A stretch of 61,925 nt of DNA, filler included, from Coriobacteriales bacterium (GTDB lineage Bacteria; Actinomycetota; Coriobacteriia; Coriobacteriales; UBA8131): NCBI GenBank assembly GCA_031263105.1. It is 6 parts of 6 records of this genome, joined end to end, with 100 filler letters (N's around TTAATTAATTAA, not from the genome) between each part and the next. Parts side by side here need not be neighbours in the genome. Positions count along the whole stretch, not along the records: positions 7,835 to 33,070 come from JAISGJ010000055.1; 5 more parts are not named here. One strand, 5' to 3'. Each line of letters opens with the position of its first letter. The first letter of the stretch is position 1. The position numbers and the translations under genes are program-made. The notes under the pieces were generated by a model. That model made no database searches, was not told the DNA's origin, and saw nothing but the letters and a program-made list of their open reading frames with translations. Below, piece by piece: positions 21,723 to 31,678 of this stretch.

Positions 21723-24700
21723 CCTTTCTTCTTGTGCGAGGCGTGGGCCCTTCTGGCAAGGAACAGGCCCGCAAGCAGCAGCAGCGCAGTCGCAAACATG
21801 CAGGCGACGATCGCCAGCAGCTCGCCTGTGGACGGCAGCGCCGTCCCCTCAGGTGCAACGTAGCCTTCCAGGGTCGTGATGTCGGTCGGCTCCCCTGGGC
21901 TGGTGGAGACCATGAAGGGCCCTATGACGGCGGTGCTCACCCTGTCCTCGTCCTCGTCGCTGAGCACGACGTTGCGGGCGATGCCCACCGTCGCACGGTC
22001 CCTGATGGTCGAGGGCGGCAGCAGCGCCGTCGAGCAGGTGACCAGATAGGTCGCCGGCCTGAGGGCGGACGAGGAAAGGGCGCCGCCTTGGGGGCCTGTG
22101 CCTCCGTCTCCCCCGTCGTCCTCCGCCCCCGGCCGCCCTTCGCTCCAGTCGCTCGTGGTCGGCTTGGCGCCCTTGTCCTCCTGGAGCGCCTGCCTGACCG
22201 TGTCGCGCGTCGTGAAGCCCGCCTCGACGCTGCCGTACTCGAAGCGCAGGGCCGTGAGGTGCTCGTTCGGCGCGAGCCCGAGGCCACGGACCGACAGGCG
22301 GGTGGTGTGCGTGGTAGGGACACCGCCTTTCCAGAGCTGCCAGCCGACCGAGGGCCACCTCTGCTCCCTTTGGGGGTTGTTCGCGTTGTGGGGATTGGAC
22401 CCCATGGCACTCTCCGTGGAGTAGGTTCGCGAGGTGTCGGTGAGGTTGGTGCGGTACCAGAGGTTGAACAGGCCGTCGGAGTCGCCCCGGGCCACAGGGG
22501 TGAACAGCTCCTGGAGCCGCACGCCGCCCGTGACGACGGACTCGAGCGTGTCTATGACCGTGAACTCGTCGGCCCGCACATTGGAGGTCGAGCGGAAGTC
22601 GAGCGTGTAGTGGTAGGCCTCCGCGCCCACGTTCTCGACACGGAGATAGTCCTCGTCGCTCGTCTGGAGGCCTGCCGAGGTTATGTTGACGGTGTCCTCG
22701 TATACCTCGCAGCCCAGCTGTATCGCCTTGTCCTCGAACACCTGCACCTCGTCGGCCGCGTCCTTGTCGAGCGCGACGAAGCGGTCCGTCCCCCCGCTCT
22801 CCTCGAAGCTCGCGTACAGGGGGTTGGGACGGGTCTCCTTGAGCTGGTAGTAGCCGAAGGGCAGCCCCGTGAAGCGCAGCCTGCCCTCGGCATCGGTCAC
22901 GAGGCGGGCGCGCTCCGTCCATGCAGGGTCGTCGGCAGTGACGGAGGAGACGTCGGTGCCGATGCGGCCGTCCCTCATCTCGACGGGATAGGACAGGAGG
23001 GCAAACTCGGTGTCTCCGACGGGCGCCTGGGTGTCTGCGTCGCGCTTCTCGACGGGCACGTCGGGCCTGTCGTAGTCGGTGAACAACAGGTCAGGCTGCG
23101 TGTTGCCGACCTCGAGCATGAACGTGCAGGCATCGGAAAAGCCCGCCTCCGAGGGCAGCAGGTAGCCCTCGGGCGCCTTCTCCTCGACGAGCCGGTAGTA
23201 GCCGAAGGACAGCCCCGCAAAGCACAGGCTCCCGTCCTCGTCGCTGACGGCGGTGCCGACCTGTGCCCATGCGGGGTCGTCGGCCGCTATGGCCGCAGTG
23301 TCGGTCGCGACGAGGCCCTCCCTCATCTCTATGGGATAGGAGTACAGGGAGAAGCCCGCGCCGGCAAGGGGCGCCTGGGTCTTCGCGTCCCGTTTCTCGA
23401 CGGGCACATCGGGCCTGGGGTGGTCGGTGAACAGCAGGAAGGGCCGCGTGTTGCCCGCATCGACCTTGAGGGTCTGGGCGTCGGGAAAGCCTGCCTCCGA
23501 AGGGAGCAGGTAGCCCTCGGGCGCCTTGGTCTCGACGAGCCTGTAGTAGCCGAAGAGGAGCCCCTCGAACGCCAGGCAGCCCTCCGCATCCGAGACGGCA
23601 GTGCCGACCTGTGCCCATGCGGGGTCGTCCGCCGCTATGGATGCGGGGTCGTCCGCAACCAGGCCCTCGCTCAACGCCACGGGATAGGAGTACAGGGCGA
23701 ACTCGGCGCCGGAAAGGGCCCCGCCGTCCTTTGCGTCATGTTTCTCGACGGGCAGGTCGGGCTTGCGGTAGTCGGTGAAGAGCAGGGCGGGCTTCGTGCT
23801 GCCCATCTCGACCTTGAAGGTCTGGGCGTCGGAAAAGCCTGCCTCCGAGGGCAGCAGGTAGCCCTCGGGCGCCTTGGTCTCGACGAGCTTGTAGTAGCCG
23901 AAGCCCAGCTCCTCGAACACCAGGCAGCCCTCCGCGTCCGACGTGGCGGTGCCGACCCATGCCCATGCGGGGTCGTCTTCTGCTATGGATGCGGTGTCGG
24001 TCGCAATCAGGCCCTCGCTCAACGCCACGGGATAGGAGTACAGGGCGAACTCGGCGCCGGAAAGGGCCCCGCCGCCCTCCGCATCGCGCTTCTCGACAGG
24101 CAGGTCGGGCTTGTCGAAGTCGGTGAAGACCAGCACCAGCTGCGTGTCGTCGGCCTCGAGCTTGAACAGCCTGGCGTCGCTGAAGCCGGTCTCGGAGGGC
24201 AACAGGTAGCCCTTGGGCGCATGGTCCTCGACGAGCCGGTAGTAGCCGAAGGACATGCGGGGAAAGACGGCCTTCCCGTCGGCCCCCGTCGTGACCGTGC
24301 CGACCTTGGACCATCCGGGGTCGCCCGCCAAGACGGCCGAGACGTCGGTGGCGACGCGGCCGTCCTTCATCGTCACCGGATAGCGGTACAGGCTGAACTC
24401 CGCGCCGGGAAGGGCCTCGCCGCTCTCTGCGTCGTGCTTCTCGACGGGCACGTCGGGCTTGCGGTAGTCGGTGAAGAGCAGGAGCGGGTGCATGTTGCCG
24501 GCATCGACCTTGAAGGCCTGCACGTCGGAGAAGCCCGCCTCCGAAGGGAGCATGTAGCCCTCGGGCGCCTTGGTCTCGACGACCTTGTAGTAGCCGAAGC
24601 CCACACGGGGGAAGGACGCCTTGCCCTTCGCGTCCGTGACCGCCGTGGCCACCTTGGCCCACCTGGGGCCGTCCGACGGGACGCCCGAGACGTCGGTGGC

Positions 24701-27700
24701 GACGAAGCCGTCCTTCATCGTCACGGGGTAGGAGTACAGGCTGAGCTCTGCGCCGGGAAGGGAGGCGCCGGAGGCCGCGTCGCGCTTCTCCAGGGCGGGC
24801 TGGACCTTCGGATAGTCGTTGAAGACGAGCTCCACCACCTGTTCGGTCGAGGATGCGCCGACGGCGAAGAGGCGCTCGTTGGCCATGCCGGCCTCGGAGG
24901 GCAGCTGGTAGCCCTCGGGCGCCTTGGCCTCCACCACCTTGTAGGAGCCTGCCGCAAGGGGGCTGTACCCGACGGTGCCGTCCGTCCCTGCCGTCTTGCG
25001 CATGACCTCGGTCCAGACGCCGCTGCCGGGGGCGCTCTCACGGTAGAGGGCGAACACCGCCCCTGCGAGCGGTGCCGCGCTCGTCGCATCGCGCTTGCAG
25101 ACGCGCAGGCTGCGGGGCTGCTCGGAGACCTGGAGGGCGTTTGCGGCATACTGGACGGCCGTGCCGCCTGCGACGACGCTGCGTTTGACGGCACCGTTCT
25201 CGAGGGAGACCCGTATGAGGGAGACGGGGTTCGGCGAGGGCAGCAGGTAGGCCGACGGCGCCTTGGTCTCCTGGACGAGGAAGGTGCCGAGGGGCAGGAC
25301 GGGCCTGGCGCTCCCGTCGAGGTACAGGGCATTGCTTCCCGCGACGAGGTGGGACGCGTCAAGCACCGCAGCGCCGCCGGCCTTGGTCTCGACGACCCAT
25401 CTCCTCGTCGCCGCCCCCGATGCCTCGGCCTCCGCCGCCGTCGAGTACTGCCCGTCGTAGTAGCGGATGGTGAACTGGGCCCCCGCGAGGGACGCCCCTG
25501 TGGCATCGTCCCTGCCCCAGGCCTTGCCGGTCTCCTTGTCGAGCTTCTGCACGGAGATGCCCAGAGAATCGCTCCAAGGGACCTCGAGGGAGTCGACGCG
25601 GGGCACAGGCGTCGCGTCGGCCACCACGACCCGGTAGGCCCTGGTGTCGAGCGCGAACCCCGCAGGCGCGGTCAGCTCCTTCACATAGTAGGTCCTCTGC
25701 GCCAGAAGGCCGCTTCTGGCAAAGCCGCCCGCGTCGGTCGTCATCCTCGCCACGCGCTCCGTGTCGGCCAAGGCGGTGGCCCTCGTCTTGTATATGCCAT
25801 AGACGGCGCCCGCGAGCGTGTAGCCGGCGTTGCCGCTGCTGAGGGCAGGGAGGGAGGAGGCCTTCTGGAGCTCTATCCTGCCCAGAGGCTTGTCGACGGC
25901 ATCCTTGCACACGAAGACGGTGCCGGCCTCCAGTTTCACCGAATGGATCGCGGTGCTCAGAGCGAAGCCCTTGGGCGCGGTCACCTCCTTTAAGTAATAG
26001 ACGGCCGCATCGAGCATCCTCGTCGAGCGCCCCTTGCCGGCCTTGTCGGTGACGATGCTGGCCAGATGCCCGGTGTCCTCGGAGGCTGCCTCCCGCGTGG
26101 GGTACACGCGGTACACCGCGCCCTCAAGCGAGTAGTCGCTGTTGCCCGTGGTGTGCGCAGGCGCACTCGACGACTTCACGAGGTCGATGTAGCCCTTCGG
26201 GCTGTTGTTGAACCGGAAGGAGGCGTCCTTGCCGGCACCTATCGTGACCTCGACGAAGGCGTCCGAGCGGTCCTTCCATGCCCCTGCCGTCGTCATCTTG
26301 TAGGCCGTCGTCATGAACTCGTGGAGGTAGTAGGTCCCTGGCGCGATGCCGGTCAGCTTCGTCGACTTTAACCCGCCGAACTTATCCTCGTCTTCAACAT
26401 AGGTGAGCGTCGGACGTATGTACCAACGCTCGACAGCTCCAGTGTCATCATGCTGCCAGTCGGTGCCGGGCTTGTTGGAGAGTATATCGAAGCGGGCGAT
26501 GACCTTGCTGTCCTTGTGACCTGCCGGACGCGCAGAGGAGGTGGAGAGGAGGAACGCCGCGTTCTCGAGCGAGTAGGTCGCCTTGTCGAGCGTGGCAGGG
26601 TCGACGATGATGGACTTCTCTATTCGGAGCGTCCCCGTGTCGGGGATGAGGCGGTAGACATGGAAGGAGTCGTAGCTCTTGTACCCTGCGCCCCAGTCGT
26701 CGTCCATGTTCGCCAAGGGCTTGTACTGCGGGCCATGGGAGGGCGAGAGGCTCGCGTCGTACAGATGCCTGCCGTCCCCGACGATCAGGGCGTGGATCAT
26801 GTTGGAAGGGTCGCCCTTGAGGTACAGCAGGACCACGTCGCCCGGCTTGGCGGCATCGGCGATCCTCGTCCCTATGCCCGGGCCCTCTCCCGTGTCGGTA
26901 TGGACGATATGGGGGGCAAGCTCGGTGTACAGGTTATTCGTCCATGAGGCGTGCGCGGTGGAGAGGTTGTAGCCTTCGGCCGCCCTGAGCGCCTGGTACA
27001 CGAATATGCCGCAGTCGGCGGGGGTCGCGTTGCCGACGCAGCTGTCGAGGTAGGCCTTGATCTGGGGCCAGGTTCGCGCAGTGGCGGCGACCGCCAGGGG
27101 CGAGATGTTCGCTGCTGCAAGGGGCAGGAGCCCCTGCCCGTCCGCCGCCGCCTTCCTTGCCCCCTTCCCGGGGACGTCCTTCTCGCTTGACGCGTCCTCG
27201 GGCACGAGGGACGGCCCCTCGTCCTTGTCGCCGGTTGTTGCGGCACGGCCCTCGCCTGCTGCCGTGCCCGTGCCCCCTCCCCCTCCCCCTCCCCCGTCGA
27301 CCTCGACGGCCTCGTCGTCCACGCCCGGGACATCCTGCGACGCATCCCCTGCCCGGAGGCCGGCATCCGGGCTCGATGGGCCGTCCGCAGGGAGAGCCTC
27401 CGCATCGGGAACACCCCCGTCCCCCGACCCAAGGCCGCCCTCCTCTTCGTCGGAGACCCCCAGCTCCTCGAAGGCATACGAGCCGTCGGCCGCCGTGTAG
27501 CTGACGGCTATGCGAAAAGACGGCCCGCCACCGAGCAGGAAGACGGCCCTCGCGACGCCTCCGACCTCCTCGAAGGACTCGAGCACGACGGCGACAAGGT
27601 CGCCGTGCCCCTCCCCGAGGTGGGACGCGAGGGCATCGGCAAGGGCCTCCCTGCCGCCAAGGGCGACGAGCTGCTCCCCGTCGATCCCCGCAAGGCCCGG

Positions 27701-27871
27701 CCCTTCTGCCGCCCCTCCGTCCTCATCGGCTGCGGTTCCCACATGCCCGGATGCCGCGTCGGCGTCGTCGGCAAAGGCGGACGACGTCCCCGCTGGCAGC
27801 AGGGAGAACGCCACAAGCAGCGCACAGAGCGTCCTGAGCGTTCTTTGGGTATACGTCTTGGCTCCATCCAT
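21719..27871 (-). CDS. Giant sortase-anchored SpaA/Cna-B repeat (pilin-like) surface protein with NlpC/P60-like N-terminal domain
   Basis: ATG at 27871 after GAGGAG; signal peptide; many K.D....L.GA.F.L...G.Y..VETKAP.GY domains; LPSTG + TM + basic tail. Confidence 0.88.
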   Translation of the reverse strand: MDGAKTYTQRTLRTLCALLVAFSLLPAGTSSAFADDADAASGHVGTAADEDGGAAEGPGLAGIDGEQLVALGGREALADALASHLGEGHGDLVAVVLESFEEVGGVARAVFLLGGGPSFRIAVSYTAADGSYAFEELGVSDEEEGGLGSGDGGVPDAEALPADGPSSPDAGLRAGDASQDVPGVDDEAVEVDGGGGGGGGTGTAAGEGRAATTGDKDEGPSLVPEDASSEKDVPGKGARKAAADGQGLLPLAAANISPLAVAATARTWPQIKAYLDSCVGNATPADCGIFVYQALRAAEGYNLSTAHASWTNNLYTELAPHIVHTDTGEGPGIGTRIADAAKPGDVVLLYLKGDPSNMIHALIVGDGRHLYDASLSPSHGPQYKPLANMDDDWGAGYKSYDSFHVYRLIPDTGTLRIEKSIIVDPATLDKATYSLENAAFLLSTSSARPAGHKDSKVIARFDILSNKPGTDWQHDDTGAVERWYIRPTLTYVEDEDKFGGLKSTKLTGIAPGTYYLHEFMTTAYKMTTAGAWKDRSDAFVEVTIGAGKDASFRFNNSPKGYIDLVKSSSAPAHTTGNSDYSLEGAVYRVYPTREAASEDTGHLASIVTDKAGKGRSTRMLDAAVYYLKEVTAPKGFALSTAIHSVKLEAGTVFVCKDAVDKPLGRIELQKASSLPALSSGNAGYTLAGAVYGIYKTRATALADTERVARMTTDAGGFARSGLLAQRTYYVKELTAPAGFALDTRAYRVVVADATPVPRVDSLEVPWSDSLGISVQKLDKETGKAWGRDDATGASLAGAQFTIRYYDGQYSTAAEAEASGAATRRWVVETKAGGAAVLDASHLVAGSNALYLDGSARPVLPLGTFLVQETKAPSAYLLPSPNPVSLIRVSLENGAVKRSVVAGGTAVQYAANALQVSEQPRSLRVCKRDATSAAPLAGAVFALYRESAPGSGVWTEVMRKTAGTDGTVGYSPLAAGSYKVVEAKAPEGYQLPSEAGMANERLFAVGASSTEQVVELVFNDYPKVQPALEKRDAASGASLPGAELSLYSYPVTMKDGFVATDVSGVPSDGPRWAKVATAVTDAKGKASFPRVGFGYYKVVETKAPEGYMLPSEAGFSDVQAFKVDAGNMHPLLLFTDYRKPDVPVEKHDAESGEALPGAEFSLYRYPVTMKDGRVATDVSAVLAGDPGWSKVGTVTTGADGKAVFPRMSFGYYRLVEDHAPKGYLLPSETGFSDARLFKLEADDTQLVLVFTDFDKPDLPVEKRDAEGGGALSGAEFALYSYPVALSEGLIATDTASIAEDDPAWAWVGTATSDAEGCLVFEELGFGYYKLVETKAPEGYLLPSEAGFSDAQTFKVEMGSTKPALLFTDYRKPDLPVEKHDAKDGGALSGAEFALYSYPVALSEGLVADDPASIAADDPAWAQVGTAVSDAEGCLAFEGLLFGYYRLVETKAPEGYLLPSEAGFPDAQTLKVDAGNTRPFLLFTDHPRPDVPVEKRDAKTQAPLAGAGFSLYSYPIEMREGLVATDTAAIAADDPAWAQVGTAVSDEDGSLCFAGLSFGYYRLVEEKAPEGYLLPSEAGFSDACTFMLEVGNTQPDLLFTDYDRPDVPVEKRDADTQAPVGDTEFALLSYPVEMRDGRIGTDVSSVTADDPAWTERARLVTDAEGRLRFTGLPFGYYQLKETRPNPLYASFEESGGTDRFVALDKDAADEVQVFEDKAIQLGCEVYEDTVNITSAGLQTSDEDYLRVENVGAEAYHYTLDFRSTSNVRADEFTVIDTLESVVTGGVRLQELFTPVARGDSDGLFNLWYRTNLTDTSRTYSTESAMGSNPHNANNPQREQRWPSVGWQLWKGGVPTTHTTRLSVRGLGLAPNEHLTALRFEYGSVEAGFTTRDTVRQALQEDKGAKPTTSDWSEGRPGAEDDGGDGGTGPQGGALSSSALRPATYLVTCSTALLPPSTIRDRATVGIARNVVLSDEDEDRVSTAVIGPFMVSTSPGEPTDITTLEGYVAPEGTALPSTGELLAIVACMFATALLLLAGLFLARRAHASHKKKG
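22710..24800 (-). repeat. Six tandem 348-bp (116-aa) SpaA-like domain repeats
   Basis: The TTCTC anchor (EK codons of the VEK/LEK motif) recurs at 23046, 23394, 23742, 24090, 24438 and 24786, an exact 348-bp period; boundaries approximate. Confidence 0.9.
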
Positions 27872-27979
27872 GGTCCACTCCTCGTTCCGGTAGTCTCTGT
27901 GATGTGCCCGATGCACGGCATCGATTCAACGTGATACCCCCCTGTCCCTGGACTCCCCGGCAGGACAGGGCCTGATTCC

Positions 27980-29272
27980 CTAGCCTCGACCTCCTTCCGA
28001 CGCGGCCGCAAGCTCCGCATCCCTGCCTATCGACAGGTATGCCCCTTCGGCTCCCGCAGAGGCGTACAGAAGCTCCTGCGTGATGTCGATCTCGCGTCTC
28101 ATCCCACAGCTCAGCACCTGGCGGTCGCCCCACAGGAGCACCGCCCGCGCCTGCCTGCCTGCGAGCCGCCTGTTGAAGACCACGAGATGGGACGCGTCCT
28201 CGCAACAAAGGGGCATCGAAGGGTCGAGGCGGAACAGCGCCTCGCCCCGTTCGATGCGCACATGCCTCCGCACGAGGACCCTGCGCCTCCCCGAGGGGAC
28301 GGCCCTCACCAGACGCGCGTTCCAATAGAAGAGGTGCAGGAAGCAGAGCAGGCCGAGCAGCACGACCACCGTGCTTGCGCCCGCGACAACAAAGGGGTCG
28401 AAGGCAAGGGAAGGGACGACAAGGGGCACGGGATCCCCCGTCACCTCCACCGGCCGTATCGTCGGCACCGTAGGTGCGGGGGATCCAGAGGGCCCAAGGG
28501 CATAGGTGGCAGCGACGGACTGCCCGCCCTGCTTGGCCGGGATGCTTCCTGTGTAAAGCGCCGTCACCATGCGGTAGTCGGGCGCCAGGTAGCGCTGCGT
28601 CCCTCGGAAGACGACCGTCGCCGTGTAGAGGGAAGGGCGCCCGTCCTCGTCGTAGGCGGCCGTCTCCCAACTGACCGCCATGCGCCTGAGGGTCTGCCTG
28701 GTGGCGGCACCGGGCGCCTCGTCGCTGGTGACGGGGAACTCCCGGTATTCGGGAAGCTGCGCGACGTCCTCGCTGACAAGCCCCGAGAAGACCGCGACGC
28801 GCTCCGTCTGTTCCTCGACAGAGAAGTACAGGGGCTCGCCCGTCAACGACTGGAGCTGCAGGACGCCTGCGTAGTCCCCCGTGTCAAGGTCCAGGGACTC
28901 GCCGAACACCTCGCGCACCGCAGCCTCCCCCCGCGCATCGACCTCGAGGGGGACCGGACGCTGCACGGTGGCGCTGAAGGACCGCTCGGGTGCGCCCTCG
29001 AAGTCCGCAACGGGTTCGCCGACCTCCTTGAGGAGGTAGACGGATCCCTCGTCGTCGACGATGCGCTGCTCGACCGTCGGGGCGGGCCCGCCCCTGTCGA
29101 AGCGGTACTCCCGCGTGAGCTCGCCCGGCGGACCGGCCTGTGAGGGCTCGTCCGCTGCGCCCTCGGCAGACAATCCCAGAAGCGCCGAGGCGAGACAGGC
29201 CAGGAACAGGGGCGCACGAACCTTCCAGGGATGCCGACATGGGCACCGACCAGCAACCTGATGGCCGTTCAT
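27980..29272 (-). CDS. Hypothetical secreted single-pass membrane protein with cytoplasmic C-terminal domain
   Basis: ATG at 29272 after GAGGAAGG; signal peptide; TM (FVVAGASTVVVLLGLLCFLHLF); first gene of the adhesin/BTAD cluster. Confidence 0.7.
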   Translation of the reverse strand: MNGHQVAGRCPCRHPWKVRAPLFLACLASALLGLSAEGAADEPSQAGPPGELTREYRFDRGGPAPTVEQRIVDDEGSVYLLKEVGEPVADFEGAPERSFSATVQRPVPLEVDARGEAAVREVFGESLDLDTGDYAGVLQLQSLTGEPLYFSVEEQTERVAVFSGLVSEDVAQLPEYREFPVTSDEAPGAATRQTLRRMAVSWETAAYDEDGRPSLYTATVVFRGTQRYLAPDYRMVTALYTGSIPAKQGGQSVAATYALGPSGSPAPTVPTIRPVEVTGDPVPLVVPSLAFDPFVVAGASTVVVLLGLLCFLHLFYWNARLVRAVPSGRRRVLVRRHVRIERGEALFRLDPSMPLCCEDASHLVVFNRRLAGRQARAVLLWGDRQVLSCGMRREIDITQELLYASAGAEGAYLSIGRDAELAAASEGGRG

Positions 29273-29411
29273 CGAAGAATCCTTCCTCTCGGCTTCCGTT
29301 TCTTCTCTCCCCGGCTTGCATTTGGGGGGGACACATGCTAGCATACGCCTGTACGGTGTTGTCAATAGGTTGGCAATAAGTTTTTCGATAAAAATGAAAG
29401 GACGTATCAGA

Positions 29412-29639
29412 ATGGCTAAAGCGAGCGCAACTCCGGCCAAGAAGTCAGCGTTGACCAAGGCGCTGGAGAACGAGAAGGGGGTCGAGCGCCCCACCGTGTA
29501 CAAGGGCTTCTACATCTATGCGGACCAGTACGTGAAGCTGCTCGAGCTCTCCGCCCAGAACAAGATAGCCGGCGTCTTTCCGAGCAATTCCTCGGACATG
29601 ATACGCATCGCCTTGGACGAGTATCTGGCACGGCACTGA
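29412..29639 (+). CDS. Small putative ribbon-helix-helix (ParG/CopG-like) protein
   Basis: ATG after AAAGGA; alternating strand YKGFYIY followed by two helices ending SDMIRIALDEYL. Confidence 0.65.
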   Translation: MAKASATPAKKSALTKALENEKGVERPTVYKGFYIYADQYVKLLELSAQNKIAGVFPSNSSDMIRIALDEYLARH

Positions 29640-29651
29640 TACCGTTGTCCC

Positions 29652-30653
29652 ATGATAGGGCGTGGCAGGCATAACGACGTCTACCTCTACGAGGTGACGG
29701 AGCAGGATCTCCTCCTTGGCGACGAGATCGTCGGCGGGTACCGTGCCGGGAACGTCCTCATGTTCGGCGACAGGCGCAGAATCGACCTGGGCAGCGAACT
29801 CGCCCATGCGAAGGACCTCGATGAGGCCAAGGAGTACCTCTCCCGGGGCGGGTGGAAGGGCGGCCAGTTGGAAAACGACTACCAAGAAAAACTGGCCGTC
29901 CTGACCGAGCGCATCAGCACACAGGACAAGGACCTCAGAGGCCTTGCCGAGAAGATCGAGCAGCGCGACGAGCTTTTGCGCGACCTCGCCGAAAACCTCG
30001 CATCGCAGAAGCAGGACAACGAGCTTCTCCACACCCAGCTCGAGCATGCCCGCGCACAGCTTGCCGTCGACGAGCTCAGGCACAACGAGATGGTCGACGA
30101 CCTCCAGCATGTCAGCGAGGAGACCCTGACCATCGGGAACACGCTCGAACGGGTGATGGACGAGAAGTTCAAACTCGAGCAGGAGCTCGCCGAGCGCATA
30201 ACCGACCTGGTGGAGCTCAACCTCCAGAACGACGACCTGAAAAAGCAGCTGACGGATCCCCTTGGCGCGATGTCGGGCGCCCCGTCGCCTGCACGGGCCC
30301 CGGTCCCGGCACGACCGCATCCTGCGTCCCCCACCGGCAACGGGGCGTCCGAAGGGGATATACGGGACTGGCCTGAAGGCACCTCGGGGCGGCCTGCCGT
30401 GCCCGGCCCTCAGGCACACGCCCTTTCCTCCGACAAGGAGATCCATGTCCTGCACGAGTTCCCCGCTGCACCAAGGACGCCTGCGGGCCTGCGCGCGGGC
30501 CATGCGCTCTTCTCTGCGTTGCGCATCATGGCGATCGCCCTCCTTGCCCTGCTCGTCCTCGGTATGACGAGCATCTTGGCGACCGCCCAGGTGAACGGCA
30601 CGACCCTTGGGGCAGCGCTCGACCTTCTCATGAAGGGCATCGGCCTGGCGTAG
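29652..30653 (+). CDS. Coiled-coil protein with Pro-rich linker and C-terminal membrane anchor
   Basis: About 120 aa of E/L/Q/K-rich heptads, then ALRIMAIALLALLVLGMTSILAT; 12 nt downstream of the RHH gene. Confidence 0.75.
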   Translation: MIGRGRHNDVYLYEVTEQDLLLGDEIVGGYRAGNVLMFGDRRRIDLGSELAHAKDLDEAKEYLSRGGWKGGQLENDYQEKLAVLTERISTQDKDLRGLAEKIEQRDELLRDLAENLASQKQDNELLHTQLEHARAQLAVDELRHNEMVDDLQHVSEETLTIGNTLERVMDEKFKLEQELAERITDLVELNLQNDDLKKQLTDPLGAMSGAPSPARAPVPARPHPASPTGNGASEGDIRDWPEGTSGRPAVPGPQAHALSSDKEIHVLHEFPAAPRTPAGLRAGHALFSALRIMAIALLALLVLGMTSILATAQVNGTTLGAALDLLMKGIGLA

Positions 30654-30682
30654 CGCGATGCCAAGGGAAGCCGGAAGGGGCG

Positions 30683-31678
30683 TCAGGCAGCAAAGGGGCA
30701 GACGGCGTCGAGGGCGATGCCTTGCAGGATGTCCGTCTCACTGACCGTGAAGGCCTCCATGTCGGCAAGCCGCAGCACCGTCCTCAGCGCCATGAGGCCG
30801 CCGAGGATGACGGGGGCACGCCCCGGCTCAAGGCCCGTGCAGCGCCTGCGCCTGCTGAGGGGCATCCCCGCCAATGCGTCCAATACGGCATCGAGCTCGC
30901 CTTGGGTCACGGTCGCGCCGTGCACCTTCCACGGATCGTACTCGGCCGTCCCGTCCCGGACGCTGACTGCGGAGGTCGCGGTCCCTGCGACGGCGATCGC
31001 CTTGCGGGGCGCAGCGTCGGACCCTTCGAAGTAGCCCTGCATCTGTTGGACGAGCCATCTGTCCGCAGAGGCCATCTCCTCGGCGGTCGGGGGGTCGCTC
31101 TTAAGGAAGCGGTCGGTCACACGCCTGCTCCCTGTGTCAAAGGAGCGCCCTTTGAGGATGCGGGGCCGTGCGCCCTCCTTGCCCGTCTCGACCGAGCCAA
31201 GGACGAGCTCCGTCGAGCCGCCCCCCACATCGATTGTCAGGACGGGCCCGTCCGTCGGCATCGAGGGCCCCCCTTCGGCGGGAAAGCCGCTCAGCGTGCC
31301 AAGGAACGAGAGGCGGGCCTCCCGCAGCCCATCGATGACCTCGACGTGAAGGCCGAGGCCCCGCAAGGCGCCACAGACCTCAGAGGCGTTGCGCGCATCG
31401 CGCATCGCCGAGGTCGCCACCGCCACGGTCCGTTCGAAGGGCCTGCCGTCCCGTCGGCTGACGGCATCCATCTCTGCCAGGAAGTCCCTGCATGCGGCAA
31501 GCTCGCGTGCCAGGGCGGCCTCCCCTATCGAGCCGGTCGCAAGCAGGCCCTCGCCGAGATGGGTTATCCGCAGGAAGCGCCCCAGCTCGCGGATGCCTCC
31601 CCCCTCCCCGTCGACCTCGGCGAGCAGGAGGCGCGCGGTGACGGTACCGAGGTCGATGGCGGCCACGCGCACGGTCAT
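30683..31678 (-). CDS. ppx: Ppx/GppA family phosphatase
   Basis: AAIDLGT, ATSAMRDARN, EARLSFLG, IDVGGGSTE. Confidence 0.92.
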   Translation of the reverse strand: MTVRVAAIDLGTVTARLLLAEVDGEGGGIRELGRFLRITHLGEGLLATGSIGEAALARELAACRDFLAEMDAVSRRDGRPFERTVAVATSAMRDARNASEVCGALRGLGLHVEVIDGLREARLSFLGTLSGFPAEGGPSMPTDGPVLTIDVGGGSTELVLGSVETGKEGARPRILKGRSFDTGSRRVTDRFLKSDPPTAEEMASADRWLVQQMQGYFEGSDAAPRKAIAVAGTATSAVSVRDGTAEYDPWKVHGATVTQGELDAVLDALAGMPLSRRRRCTGLEPGRAPVILGGLMALRTVLRLADMEAFTVSETDILQGIALDAVCPFAA

